Source: a virus. From it: DNA of 44,231 nt. Below are positions 1 through 9,336 of the stretch, piece after piece. The DNA lies in the IMG/VR virus record IMGVR_UViG_3300003830_000002. One strand, written 5' to 3'. The notes beneath the pieces were generated by a model. That model made no database searches. It saw only the letters and a list, made by a program, of their open reading frames with translations, and was not told the origin of the DNA. The position numbers and the translations under genes were made by a program. Position 1 is the first letter of the stretch. Each line of letters begins with the position of its first letter.

Positions 1-57
1 CCGCCGTAGTATTCGACCCGGTAGCCTTCAAAGCCCGCTATCCCGAATTTGCGGCGG
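1..57. repeat. Contig-end overlap, copy 1 (identical to 44175-44231)
   Basis: ccgccgtagtattcgacccggtagccttcaaagcccgctatcccgaatttgcggcgg occurs at both ends, compared base by base. Confidence 0.95.
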
Positions 58-395
58 TTGCCAATGCGACCTTGGGGGCCTACTTCACGGAAGCGGGCCT
101 TTACTTGTCCAATGCGGACAATTCGCCCGTGCGGAACCTGACCCGCCGGGCCATCCTTTTGAACATGCTGACCGCCCACGTCGCCTATATCGGCGGCGCT
201 TTGAGCGCGGACGGCATGCCGCGGCCCGTGGGGCGCCTATCGCAAGCCGGTGAAGGTAGCGTATCCGCCGCCTTTGAAGGTGCGCCCCCTGGCTCCGCGC
301 AATGGTTCCAGCAATCACAGTACGGCGCCGCATTCTGGCAAGCGACTTCCAGCTTGCGCGGCTTCCGCTACGTTTCCCGGCCTACGGTGTATTGA
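1..395 (+). CDS. DUF4054-like head-tail connector/adaptor protein (3' part; true start 44171)
   Basis: The N-terminus MTAVVFDPVAFKARYPEFAAV across the junction is the pattern I associate with DUF4054. The gene sits between the capsid genes and an HK97 gp10-like gene. The TTG start at 72 in the ORF track is an artefact of linearisation. Confidence 0.65.
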   Translation, partial: AVVFDPVAFKARYPEFAAVANATLGAYFTEAGLYLSNADNSPVRNLTRRAILLNMLTAHVAYIGGALSADGMPRPVGRLSQAGEGSVSAAFEGAPPGSAQWFQQSQYGAAFWQATSSLRGFRYVSRPTVY

Positions 396-396
396 C

Positions 397-840
397 ATGG
401 CCGACCACACTCTCAGCGGTTCCGATGGGGTCATGAAGGCCCTGGAAGCAATCGCCCAACGCATGGGCGGGGGAGAGGTTGCGGTCGGCTTCATGGAAGG
501 CGCCACTTACCCGGACGGCACGCCCGTCGCCGCTGTGGCCTATTGGAATGAGTTTGGAAGCGTGGGGCAACCGGCCCGGCCGTTCTTTCGCCAAATGATT
601 GCCGCGGAATCCCCCACCTGGCCGGACAAAATGGCGAAGCTGGCAAAGGGTACGAATTACGATGGCCCCCGCGTGCTGGCGCTGATGGGCGAAGATATCA
701 AAGGCGCATTGCAGCAAAGCATAAATGACTTCACGACGCCCGCACTGGCTGAAAGTACGATTGAGGCCAAAGGCTTTGCCAAACCGCTGATTGACACGTC
801 GCACATGCTCAATTCAATTGCCATTGAGGTATCAGAATAA
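397..840 (+). CDS. HK97 gp10-family head-tail/tail-completion protein
   Basis: ATG 397 lies two bases after the upstream stop (393-395). The motif YWNEFGSVGQPARPFFRQ is typical of the HK97 gp10 family. The 250 start in the track overlaps the previous gene. Confidence 0.7.
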   Translation: MADHTLSGSDGVMKALEAIAQRMGGGEVAVGFMEGATYPDGTPVAAVAYWNEFGSVGQPARPFFRQMIAAESPTWPDKMAKLAKGTNYDGPRVLALMGEDIKGALQQSINDFTTPALAESTIEAKGFAKPLIDTSHMLNSIAIEVSE

Positions 841-1214
841 TGGACTTGCGCGGACTCGCTAACGGTGTGACCAGCACCATAAATCCGAATGAAACCGTTA
901 CCGTTTTGCGGTCGACTGGTTACACCATTGGCGCCGGAGCCAAACAAGTTCCAGCGTTTGCCGCCCCCGTGACCGGCCCCGCGCAAGTGCAAGCCCTGGA
1001 CGCGAACGATATCAAGCAACTGGACGGCCTGAATATTCAAGGCACCATCCGGGCAATCTATTTGCGCGGCACCCTGGCGGGCGTCGTGCGGCCGAATCAA
1101 ACCGGCGGCGATATCGTCAAGCGCAAGAATGAAACGGAATTATGGCTTGTCGTCAAGGTGCTTGAAAGCTGGCCTGATTGGACTAAGGCGGCCATTGTGC
1201 TGCAGGGGCAATAA
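840..1214 (+). CDS. Hypothetical virion neck protein
   Basis: TAATG overlap with the upstream gene; 124 aa; located in the neck module. No family recognised. Confidence 0.6.
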   Translation: MDLRGLANGVTSTINPNETVTVLRSTGYTIGAGAKQVPAFAAPVTGPAQVQALDANDIKQLDGLNIQGTIRAIYLRGTLAGVVRPNQTGGDIVKRKNETELWLVVKVLESWPDWTKAAIVLQGQ

Positions 1215-1736
1215 ATGTACACCGCCAGCATTTCGGTCGATCAAGTCATTGATGCCCTGGTGGCATTCCTTGCACCTTTCATGCCTGGGGCGCAAATCGT
1301 CCGCGCACAGGTCAACCGGGTGGCCTTGCCGTCAAATCCTTGCGCTGTGCTTACGGAACTTTTGCAAGTTGATTTGAGCGTACCGGCCACGGAATACCAG
1401 CCGCCGGTCGCCCCGGCGCCAGCCATTGGGACCGCCACAATCTACGGCCCGTCGCGCATCGACGTGCAAATTGACTTTTACGGGGCGCAAGCTGGGGAGT
1501 TTTGCAAGACCGTAAAAACCGCGTTCCGGTCGCATTGGGGGTTTGCCCATTTCCCCGCGAACATTAAGCCGCTGTACACGTCCGACGGCGTTCAATCGCC
1601 CCTCTTAACCGGGGAACAGCAATATGAAAGCAGATGGACGCTTACGGCATCAATGCAATACAATCCAACTGTTACGGTTCCGCAGGAATTTGCCGAACAG
1701 GCTTATCCGGCTTTGGTTATTCCGGCGGACGTGTGA
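1215..1736 (+). CDS. Hypothetical neck/tail-terminator candidate
   Basis: Starts the base after the upstream stop; 173 aa; immediately precedes the sheath gene. No motif recognised. Confidence 0.6.
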   Translation: MYTASISVDQVIDALVAFLAPFMPGAQIVRAQVNRVALPSNPCAVLTELLQVDLSVPATEYQPPVAPAPAIGTATIYGPSRIDVQIDFYGAQAGEFCKTVKTAFRSHWGFAHFPANIKPLYTSDGVQSPLLTGEQQYESRWTLTASMQYNPTVTVPQEFAEQAYPALVIPADV

Positions 1737-1772
1737 TTATGCGGATTACCACTTATTTCATGAGGTGAACAA

Positions 1773-3254
1773 ATGACTATCCCGGCAAGCGACATTGTTG
1801 TTGTCAATCCCGGCGTCGTTGGTTCCGGCGGTAATCCGCTGGCCCTGAACGGCGTCATTCTCTCCAAAAATACTTTGCTCCCGACCGGCGGCGTGCGTTC
1901 ATTCGCCAGCGCCGACGCCGTGAATGCGTTTTTTGGCCCGTCTTCCACGGAATACGCCCTTGCCCAAACTTACTTTTTGGGCTTTGACAATTCCACGATC
2001 AAACCGGGCACGCTGTATTTCGCCCCGTTTGTGGAAGCCGACCGCGGCGCCTGGTTGCAATCCGGCTCCCTGTCCGGCATGACCCTGGCGCAACTGCAAG
2101 CCCTTTCCGGCGTGCTGACTGTGACCGTCGACGGCACGGCCTTTACGTCTTCAAGCATCAACCTCGCAACGGCAACCAGTTTCAGCAATGCGGCGACGAT
2201 GATTGCCGCGGCCTTCACTGGCACCGGCAAACCGACTTGCGCCTGGAATGCGGTCAACAGCACCTTCACGCTAAACAGCGTCACGACCGGCGCATCCTCG
2301 ACAATCGGCTATGCAACCGGCACCCTGTCCGCGGGCCTCAAGCTGACCAGCGCGACCGGCGCCATCCTGTCCCAAGGTGACATTGCGGACACCCCAGCCA
2401 CGGCCATGGATGCGGTCAAGGCGGCGACTCAGAATTGGGTCGACTTCATGACGATTTGGGAGCCCTTGCTTGCCGACAAAGAACTCTTTGCCGAATGGAC
2501 GAATGCACAAAATCAGCGTTACATGTACGTTTGCTGGGACACGGACGCGCAAGCGATCGTCAACGGTTCGACTACTTGTTTCGGTGCGGTTGCCAAGTCC
2601 TTGGGCTACGACGGCGTCGTGCCGGTTTACAACACTGTGACCCTGGCCGCGTTCATGTTGGGCACCGTGGCGTCGATTGACTTTAGCCGCCTGAATGGTC
2701 GCATCACTTCGGCTTTCAAATCGCAAAGCGGATTCGTGCCCACTGTGACCGACCAGCAAATCGCCGCCAATCTGCTGGCGAACGGTTACAGCTTTTACGG
2801 CTCCTATGCGACCGCAAACGATCAATTCAATTTCCTTTACAACGGCCAAATGTCCGGCAAGTGGAAATGGGTTGATACCTTTGTCGACCAAGTCTATTTG
2901 AACAGTCAATTCCAATTGGCCTTGCTTTCGTTGCTGACCAGCGTTAAGTCGATTCCTTACAACGAATCCGGCTATTCGCTGATTCGTGCGGCCATGATCG
3001 ACCCAATTTCCGCCGGTATCAACTTTGGCAGCATTCGCACCGGCATTACCATGTCGGCGTCGCAAAAAGCCCAAGTGAATCAGGCGGCCGGTTTGGACGT
3101 TTCGACCATCATTGAGCAACAAGGCTATTACCTGCAAATTCTCGACCCTGGTGCGCAAGTGCGCGGCAATCGCGGAACGCCGGTAATCAACTTTTGGTAC
3201 ACCGACGGCGGCGCGGTCCAAAAGATCACCGTCGCATCTATTGACATCATGTAA
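1773..3254 (+). CDS. Tail sheath protein (DUF3383-like)
   Basis: GAGGTG Shine-Dalgarno upstream; 493 aa. The N-terminus MTIPASDIVVVNPGV resembles DUF3383-type sheath proteins. The downstream gene order is tube, frameshifted chaperone, tape measure. Confidence 0.7.
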   Translation: MTIPASDIVVVNPGVVGSGGNPLALNGVILSKNTLLPTGGVRSFASADAVNAFFGPSSTEYALAQTYFLGFDNSTIKPGTLYFAPFVEADRGAWLQSGSLSGMTLAQLQALSGVLTVTVDGTAFTSSSINLATATSFSNAATMIAAAFTGTGKPTCAWNAVNSTFTLNSVTTGASSTIGYATGTLSAGLKLTSATGAILSQGDIADTPATAMDAVKAATQNWVDFMTIWEPLLADKELFAEWTNAQNQRYMYVCWDTDAQAIVNGSTTCFGAVAKSLGYDGVVPVYNTVTLAAFMLGTVASIDFSRLNGRITSAFKSQSGFVPTVTDQQIAANLLANGYSFYGSYATANDQFNFLYNGQMSGKWKWVDTFVDQVYLNSQFQLALLSLLTSVKSIPYNESGYSLIRAAMIDPISAGINFGSIRTGITMSASQKAQVNQAAGLDVSTIIEQQGYYLQILDPGAQVRGNRGTPVINFWYTDGGAVQKITVASIDIM

Positions 3255-3263
3255 GGAACAATC

Positions 3264-3701
3264 ATGGCTGATACCACAATCACCAGCGCGAACAGCGTTT
3301 TTACCATCGTGGTCGCGGGCTTGTTCCCGGCCCCGGTGCAGCTTCGCGGCTACGCCAGCGACAAGGCTTTCACCACGGAAGCTATTGACCTGGCCGAAGT
3401 CCAAATGGGCGTCGACGGCCGCATGACTGCCGGTTTCATTCCGAACCCGACGAAGCAAACCGTTACGCTGCAGGCCGATAGCCCCAGCAAGGACATTTTC
3501 ACCGCACTGATTCAGGCAATGAAGACGGCGCGGGAAGTGTTCTACATTTCCGGTTCAATCGCGTTGCCTTCGACCGGCGAATCTTTCACGCTGACCCGCG
3601 GCATTCTCACGAATGCAAAGCAAATCCCGGACGCGCAAAAAGTCCTGCAGCCCGTGGATTACGTCATTACCTGGGAAAGCGTGAACCGTTCGCTGCTGTA
3701 A
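3264..3701 (+). CDS. Tail tube protein (DUF3277-like)
   Basis: 145-aa gene directly after the sheath gene, with AAGGAA upstream. The assignment rests mainly on position. Confidence 0.6.
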   Translation: MADTTITSANSVFTIVVAGLFPAPVQLRGYASDKAFTTEAIDLAEVQMGVDGRMTAGFIPNPTKQTVTLQADSPSKDIFTALIQAMKTAREVFYISGSIALPSTGESFTLTRGILTNAKQIPDAQKVLQPVDYVITWESVNRSLL

Positions 3702-3817
3702 CAGGCGCACCAGTTAGCCCCCGGCAAGGCCCACAAAGCCGCTTTGCCCTCTCCCGAAGCACGCCGGGGGCACCTTAACACCACGGGAGAGGAATCACGA
3801 TACGGAGAGGTATCACA

Positions 3818-4276
3818 ATGGCACGCACGACAGCAAATTACACCATTCAAGACGAAGGCCGCGACCACGGTAAGGTTTTCGTTTTAACCGAACTACCCGC
3901 CAGCCGGGCGGAATCTTGGGCAATGCGGGCGCTCCTGGCCCTCATGTCAAGCGGCGTCGAAGTCCCGGAAGGGTTTGACCGCATGGGCATGGCGGGCATG
4001 GCGGAAGTCGGCATTCGTGCCCTGTCCGGCCTCAAATGGGAAGTCGCGGAACCATTGCTTGCGGAAATGTGGTCTTGCGTGCAAATCATGCCGGACCCCA
4101 GCAAACCGCATATTATCCGAAATCTGATTGAAGAGGACATTGAAGAAATTTCGACCCGCGTGAAACTTCGCGCCGAAGTGTGGAAATTGCACACGGGTTT
4201 TTTGAAGGCCGTCGCCCCCTCAATCTCCGAAGGCTCCCCGGCGGCGGCCCGCAAAAAGGGTTCGCGGAATACTTGA
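3818..4276 (+). CDS. Tail assembly chaperone, short (G-like) product
   Basis: GGAGAGG Shine-Dalgarno. The 152-aa gene lies between tube and tape measure, and its 3' end overlaps a -1 frame ORF. Confidence 0.7.
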   Translation: MARTTANYTIQDEGRDHGKVFVLTELPASRAESWAMRALLALMSSGVEVPEGFDRMGMAGMAEVGIRALSGLKWEVAEPLLAEMWSCVQIMPDPSKPHIIRNLIEEDIEEISTRVKLRAEVWKLHTGFLKAVAPSISEGSPAAARKKGSRNT

Positions 4277-4425
4277 ACCTTTCGGCCGTTATCGGCACGT
4301 TGCTTTCAAAACGTATGGCAACGCTGCACGAATTGGATACGGTTTATGGGGTGCAAGACGTCTACGATATGCTGGAAGTCATAACGGTAGATGACTACAA
4401 TAACGCTTTGGCGAACCGGGAATAA
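3818..4425 (+). CDS. Tail assembly chaperone, -1 frameshift (GT-like) fusion product, about 202 aa
   Basis: The zero frame reads acG GGT TTT at 4195-4201, a canonical X XXY YYZ heptamer. The -1 frame (ORF 4180-4425) continues open from that point to TAA at 4423-4425, just before the tape-measure ATG at 4431. Confidence 0.6.
4195..4201 (+). other. Programmed -1 ribosomal frameshift slippery heptamer G GGT TTT
   Basis: Codon phase was checked against the 3818 start (codons 4193 acg, 4196 ggt, 4199 ttt). The site sits at the conserved chaperone position upstream of the tape measure. Confidence 0.6.
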
Positions 4426-4430
4426 TCCAC

Positions 4431-6299
4431 ATGGCTACAATCATCGACAGCTTGCTTGTAAAACTTGGGCTAGATTCTTCGGAATTTAGCGCGGGTAAGA
4501 ACAAGGTCGACAAGGGCCTAAAGGATACCGGCGCCGAAGCCGATAAAGCCGGGGCGAAGCTCAAAAAATCGGGCAAGGATGGCGCCGAAGGTTTCGAGAA
4601 TGTAGCCAAGAGCGCGACCAAATTCCTGGCAATCATTGGCGGCACCATGGCCGTTAAGCGGTTCATTGAACAAACCGTCGAATCGTCCGCCGCCCTCGAC
4701 CGCCTTTCGCAAAATCTCAGTGCCAACGTGGCGACCGTGTCCGCCTGGTCCAATGCGGCCGAACTTGCCGGGGGCTCCGCTGACGGGCTCCAAGGCACCA
4801 TGGACATGCTCAGTAAGTCGCAAACTGAATTGCAGCTTACCGGACAAAGCGGCCTTATCCCCTATTTCTCCGCGCTGGGCTTGAGCCTGGCGGACACCCA
4901 AGGGAAAGCCAAACCCGTCAACGATTTGCTGCTGGAACTGTCCGACCGTTTCAGCAAAATGGACCGCACCACGGCCAACAATATGGGCCGCATGATGGGC
5001 CTTGACCAAGGGACAATGCAACTTTTGTTAAAGGGGCGTTCCGAAGTCGAATTGATGATTAAGCGGCAAAAGGAATTCGGGGCCGTCACGAAGAAACAGG
5101 CCGAAGAATCAAGCCGCCTCAAATTGGCAATGACTGACAGCCGCCAAAGTTTTGAAGCCTTCGGGCGCGAAATCTTGTCGGCCGCAACCCCAGCCATTGA
5201 AAAGCTCTTTTCCATCATGGCCGATTTTGGCGCATGGATGCGGGAAAACAAGGAATTCGTCAACGCCTTCCTAACCATCATTGCGGTCGGCCTGGGCGCA
5301 ATTGCCGCGGCAACCATCCCCATTAACCTGACTGTGGCCGCCGTCACGGGCCTGGCCGCGGCAATTGCGCTGCTGTATCAGGATTACCAGACATGGAAGC
5401 GCGGCGGGGAAAGTTTCATTGACTGGTCGAAATGGGAGCCCGGATTTAAGGCCGCTGGCGCCGGTATCCGCTGGCTCAAGGACTTGTTAAGCGACTTGGT
5501 TTATCGGGCGATTGCTGGCGCCGACGTCCTGTCCGCCGTGTGGAATCGTGATTGGGATAGGGTCAAATTTGCAGCGGGGGAATTCATGAACGGCAACGGC
5601 AAGACTTACGGCGAATCCCCGCCCCCCGCACCACCCGCCACGGCCCCCACGTCTTCGGCTGGGGGTAAGGGTGCGTCGAACAAAGAGCAAGCCGCCATGG
5701 CCTATTTTCAGGCCCAAGGCTGGTCGCGTGAGCAAGCGGCCGGACTGGCGGCCAATATCAAACGGGAATCGGCTTTTAACGCTGGGGCGGTGGGCGACAA
5801 CGGCAAGGCATACGGCATTGCACAATGGCACCCTGACCGGCAAGCCGAATTTCAAAAGAAGTTTGGCAAACCCATTCAAGGGTCGACGCTTGAAGAGCAA
5901 ATGGCCTTCATGCACTATGAATTGACCCAAGGCAATGAGCGTGCCGCCGGGGCCAAATTGCGCGGAACAAGTAGCGCCGCCGAAGCCGCCGCCGCAGTAT
6001 CCATGCACTATGAACGCCCGGCCGACAGAGCGGGCGAAGCGGCGAAGCGCGGACAAATGGCCCTTGCCATGCTTGGGGGCGTGCCTGGGGCCTCTCAGGC
6101 GGCCGCCGGGGCTGGTGCTGGTCAAGTTGCCCAAGGCAACCTTGCGGGCGCCCCTGGGGCCGGTAATCGAAGCGTTGAAACCCACATTGGAGAGGTCAAA
6201 GTTTATTCAGCGGCCACGGATGCGAACGGCATCGCCAAAGACATGGGCAAGTCGCTGGATTACCTTTTTACATCGCAAGCAAATTACGGGCTGAATTGA
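4431..6299 (+). CDS. Tape measure protein with C-terminal lysozyme-like (phage tail lysozyme) domain
   Basis: 622 aa. It has coiled-coil and hydrophobic central segments (FLTIIAVGLGAIAAATIP). The C-terminal region AAMAYFQAQGWSREQAAGLAANIKRESAFNAGAVGDNGKAYGIAQWHPDR matches the tail-lysozyme pattern. Confidence 0.85.
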   Translation: MATIIDSLLVKLGLDSSEFSAGKNKVDKGLKDTGAEADKAGAKLKKSGKDGAEGFENVAKSATKFLAIIGGTMAVKRFIEQTVESSAALDRLSQNLSANVATVSAWSNAAELAGGSADGLQGTMDMLSKSQTELQLTGQSGLIPYFSALGLSLADTQGKAKPVNDLLLELSDRFSKMDRTTANNMGRMMGLDQGTMQLLLKGRSEVELMIKRQKEFGAVTKKQAEESSRLKLAMTDSRQSFEAFGREILSAATPAIEKLFSIMADFGAWMRENKEFVNAFLTIIAVGLGAIAAATIPINLTVAAVTGLAAAIALLYQDYQTWKRGGESFIDWSKWEPGFKAAGAGIRWLKDLLSDLVYRAIAGADVLSAVWNRDWDRVKFAAGEFMNGNGKTYGESPPPAPPATAPTSSAGGKGASNKEQAAMAYFQAQGWSREQAAGLAANIKRESAFNAGAVGDNGKAYGIAQWHPDRQAEFQKKFGKPIQGSTLEEQMAFMHYELTQGNERAAGAKLRGTSSAAEAAAAVSMHYERPADRAGEAAKRGQMALAMLGGVPGASQAAAGAGAGQVAQGNLAGAPGAGNRSVETHIGEVKVYSAATDANGIAKDMGKSLDYLFTSQANYGLN

Positions 6300-6300
6300 T

Positions 6301-7056
6301 ATGGCGCTTATCCCATTCCCTGACGTGCCCAAATTGCCAGGCGTCCCGGCGTTGCCACGTTCGCCCAATTTCCCGCCGTCCCTACGTGCTGGCCTTGGGT
6401 TGCTGCAGGGCATGCTATGGCGAATTTTCCAAGTGCAAACCCGCTGGGGAATTTTCGACAGCAAAGGCAAGCCCCTGGGCGACCCTGCCAAATTTTCGGG
6501 CCTCATTGGCAACGCTTTGGACGCGGCCGGGCTGGGTTCTACATTATCGACCGGGGCCGTTGATTACTCCAAAGAAACCCGCGTAAGCGACTTCCCGCTT
6601 GAGCGTGGCAGCTTCGCCAGCTACAACAAGGTCGAAACGCCAGCGTCGCCCGTGGTTACGCTGTGCCTCACTGGCAGCGAAAAGAACCGCCGCACATTTT
6701 TGGAAGCCATCGACACCGCTTGCAAATCGACGGACCTTTACAGCGTGGTAACGCCGGAAGTGACTTACATCAATTACAGCGTCGAACGGTACAACTACCA
6801 GCGCCGGAGCAACAAGGGCGCGACCCTGCTGATTGTGGAAATCACCTTAAAGGAAATCCGCCAGGTTTCGGCCTCTTATTCCCAATCGAACAAGGGGCAA
6901 GTCGACAAGCCAAAAGACGCCAGCGCCACGCCGCAAGCTGACAATGGTAAGGTGCAGGCGCAAACGCCGAACGCTTCCACGCTCAAGAGCCTGGCGGACA
7001 AAGTGCCCGCCCTTGCTGATAAGGCCGGGGCCTACCTTCAAGGATTGGTGAACTGA
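6301..7056 (+). CDS. Baseplate/tail-tip associated protein (hypothetical)
   Basis: Starts two bases after the tape-measure stop; 251 aa; lies between tape measure and baseplate hub. No family recognised with certainty. Confidence 0.6.
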   Translation: MALIPFPDVPKLPGVPALPRSPNFPPSLRAGLGLLQGMLWRIFQVQTRWGIFDSKGKPLGDPAKFSGLIGNALDAAGLGSTLSTGAVDYSKETRVSDFPLERGSFASYNKVETPASPVVTLCLTGSEKNRRTFLEAIDTACKSTDLYSVVTPEVTYINYSVERYNYQRRSNKGATLLIVEITLKEIRQVSASYSQSNKGQVDKPKDASATPQADNGKVQAQTPNASTLKSLADKVPALADKAGAYLQGLVN

Positions 7057-7364
7057 TGCAAAGCGTACCTTTACAGCCTATTCCGTCCCAATCGACCAAA
7101 GTTGTTTTGGGCGGCCAGAATTGCCAGCTTTTAATTAACCAAAAGCCGCAAGGGATTTTTGTCGACATAAACGCGGACGGCGTGGATATCGTCACCAGTG
7201 TTATTGCCCGCGACGCCGTGCCGCTGGTTTGCCGCGAATATACCGGCTTTGCCGGGAACTTGCTTTTTATTGACACCCAAGGCAGCGACGACCCGTCTTA
7301 TGCCGGATTGGGCGACCGCTTTTCTTTGGTCTATTTGACGGCGGAAGAATATGCCCTCATTTAG
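7056..7364 (+). CDS. Hypothetical baseplate-module protein
   Basis: One-base overlap with the upstream stop; 102 aa; in the baseplate gene string. Confidence 0.55.
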   Translation: MQSVPLQPIPSQSTKVVLGGQNCQLLINQKPQGIFVDINADGVDIVTSVIARDAVPLVCREYTGFAGNLLFIDTQGSDDPSYAGLGDRFSLVYLTAEEYALI

Positions 7365-8226
7365 CAACAAGAAACAATTGCGCTTTGTCATTACGCTAGG
7401 AACTGGCAAATTCGGTTCAAGCAACAATGACCAAATTACGCTGCAGGGCTTCCGCGCAATTGCTGATATCGACAAAGCTGGCGGAATGATGATGGGCACG
7501 CTACGCGCTAAAATTTTTGGCGTGAAGCAAGTCGACATGAACAGCGTTACGACGCTGCAATGGAAGCCCGGCACACTGATTCCCAACACCGTGGAAGTGT
7601 TCGCCATCGACGGGGCCGCGGAAACGCTGGTATTCGCCGGGAACATCGTCAACGCCTGGGCTGATTACCAAAGCATGCCGGACGTGTATTTGCACATTCA
7701 GGCGCAATCGGCATTTTTCAACGCATTGAAGGCCATTCCGCCGCGGAGTTTCAAAGGCCGCGTCGACGTGGCTTCGGTCATGGCGCAAATTGCCCGCGAC
7801 CTGGGCTACACCTTTGAAAATAACGGCGTCACCACGCAATTGACCGACGTTTATTTGCCCAATACCGGCATGGAACAGGCCAAAGACCTTGCGCGGGCCG
7901 CCGGGTGCGACCTGTATCTTGACGACAAGATTTTGGCAATCACGCCGCCGAATGTCCCGCGCAAGGTAATCATTCCGCTGATATCGCCAGCGTCCGGCCT
8001 GGTGGGCTATCCGACGTTTGATGGTGTGGGCGTCAATTTTCAAACCCTATTCAATCCGGCCGTTACCTTCGGCGGTTCCGTCAAATTGGAAACTGACGTG
8101 CAACAAGCGGCCGGAGAATGGGTTGTTACTTCGGTCGGCCATAGGCTGGAATCGGAAAAGCCGGGCGGCGCCTGGTTTTCAACAATAAGAGGGAATCAAA
8201 ATGGCCTCGCAGTCACCGGACGCTAA
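7351..8226 (+). CDS. Baseplate hub candidate (gpD / Mu gp44-like position)
   Basis: 291 aa, immediately upstream of the spike gene, with a 14-nt overlap on the previous gene. The assignment is positional. Confidence 0.55.
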   Translation: MPSFSNKKQLRFVITLGTGKFGSSNNDQITLQGFRAIADIDKAGGMMMGTLRAKIFGVKQVDMNSVTTLQWKPGTLIPNTVEVFAIDGAAETLVFAGNIVNAWADYQSMPDVYLHIQAQSAFFNALKAIPPRSFKGRVDVASVMAQIARDLGYTFENNGVTTQLTDVYLPNTGMEQAKDLARAAGCDLYLDDKILAITPPNVPRKVIIPLISPASGLVGYPTFDGVGVNFQTLFNPAVTFGGSVKLETDVQQAAGEWVVTSVGHRLESEKPGGAWFSTIRGNQNGLAVTGR

Positions 8227-8974
8227 CGGCATCCCAAGCGGGCAATTGAAGCCTTCCAGCACTTGGGGGGAATTCAACAATATCGCCTTCATGGTGCAGC
8301 AAGCATTGTCGAAGATGCAAACCGCGACCCTTGTCCGCGTGGAATCTTGCACGAACGCCGGGGCACTGTCCCCGGTAGGCTTTGTCGACGTCACGCCCCT
8401 GGTCAATCAATTGGACGGCCAGGGCAACCCGACGCCTCATGTGACCATTCACAATGTCCCATATTTGCGGCTGCAGGGTGGCGCCAATGGCATCATTATG
8501 GACCCACAAAAAGGCGACATTGGTGTTTGCGTGTTTGCGTCCCGTGATATTTCCAAGATCAAGGCGACCAAGAAGCAAGGCAATCCGGGCAGCTTCCGGC
8601 AATATAGCTTTTCCGACGGCATGTACCTGGGCGGCATGCTCAACGGCACCCCGACGCAATATGTCCAATTCAGCGCAGCGGGCATCAAGATTCATTCCCC
8701 GGTCGCCGTGGTGCTGGAAGCTCCAGATATCCAATTGAACGCGGCTACTGTGGAAATCAACGGCACCACGTCGACCACGGTCACGACCCCAACATTCACG
8801 GTCAACGGCGCCACGGTCCTAAACGGCACAATTTCCCAAACTGGCGGGGGAGCGGCGCAATTCTCCGGCACCATGGATGTGACAGGCGACGTGACAGCAC
8901 AGGGCACAAGCGTTCATAATCATACCCATTCGGGCGTGCAGCCTGGCGGCGGCAACAGCGGACCCCCAACATGA
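8201..8974 (+). CDS. Baseplate central spike (gpV / Mu gp45-like)
   Basis: GAGGGA Shine-Dalgarno. The motifs GDIGVCVFASRDIS and the C-terminal HNHTHSGVQPGGGNSGPP apex motif are typical of gpV/gp45-type spikes. Confidence 0.75.
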   Translation: MASQSPDANGIPSGQLKPSSTWGEFNNIAFMVQQALSKMQTATLVRVESCTNAGALSPVGFVDVTPLVNQLDGQGNPTPHVTIHNVPYLRLQGGANGIIMDPQKGDIGVCVFASRDISKIKATKKQGNPGSFRQYSFSDGMYLGGMLNGTPTQYVQFSAAGIKIHSPVAVVLEAPDIQLNAATVEINGTTSTTVTTPTFTVNGATVLNGTISQTGGGAAQFSGTMDVTGDVTAQGTSVHNHTHSGVQPGGGNSGPPT

Positions 8975-9330
8975 CGCAATACAACACACTTTTGCTAGAT
9001 CAATCCAAATGGGATTTGGTCATTGACAGCGCTGGAAATATCGCAATGGCGACGCCCCCTTACGCCCTGGCGCAAGACGTTGCCAGCGCCGTGCGCCTGT
9101 TCCTGGGTGAATTGTGGTATGCGACGACCAAGGGCATTCCGTATTTTGAGGACGTTCTAGGGCACTTGCCGCCCGCGTCCCTGCTGACTGGCTACATTGA
9201 AAAGGTGGCCTTGACGGTCCCCGGCGTCGTGACTGCCCAATGTATAATTTCAGCATTCGACGCCCGCGAAATTACCGGACAAATTCAATTTATTGACGAA
9301 ACAGGAACCGCCAACGGCGTGACCTTCTAA
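8971..9330 (+). CDS. Baseplate wedge small subunit candidate (gpW/gp25-like position)
   Basis: ATGA overlap with the spike gene; 119 aa; directly upstream of the Baseplate-J-like gene. Confidence 0.5.
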   Translation: MTQYNTLLLDQSKWDLVIDSAGNIAMATPPYALAQDVASAVRLFLGELWYATTKGIPYFEDVLGHLPPASLLTGYIEKVALTVPGVVTAQCIISAFDAREITGQIQFIDETGTANGVTF

Positions 9331-9336
9331 GGGGCA

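Noticed and set aside
2271-3458. 395-aa minus-strand ORF
   Set aside because: It lies antisense to the sheath gene and has an Arg/Gly-rich composition. There is no ribosome-binding site or partner genes on that strand within the tail module.
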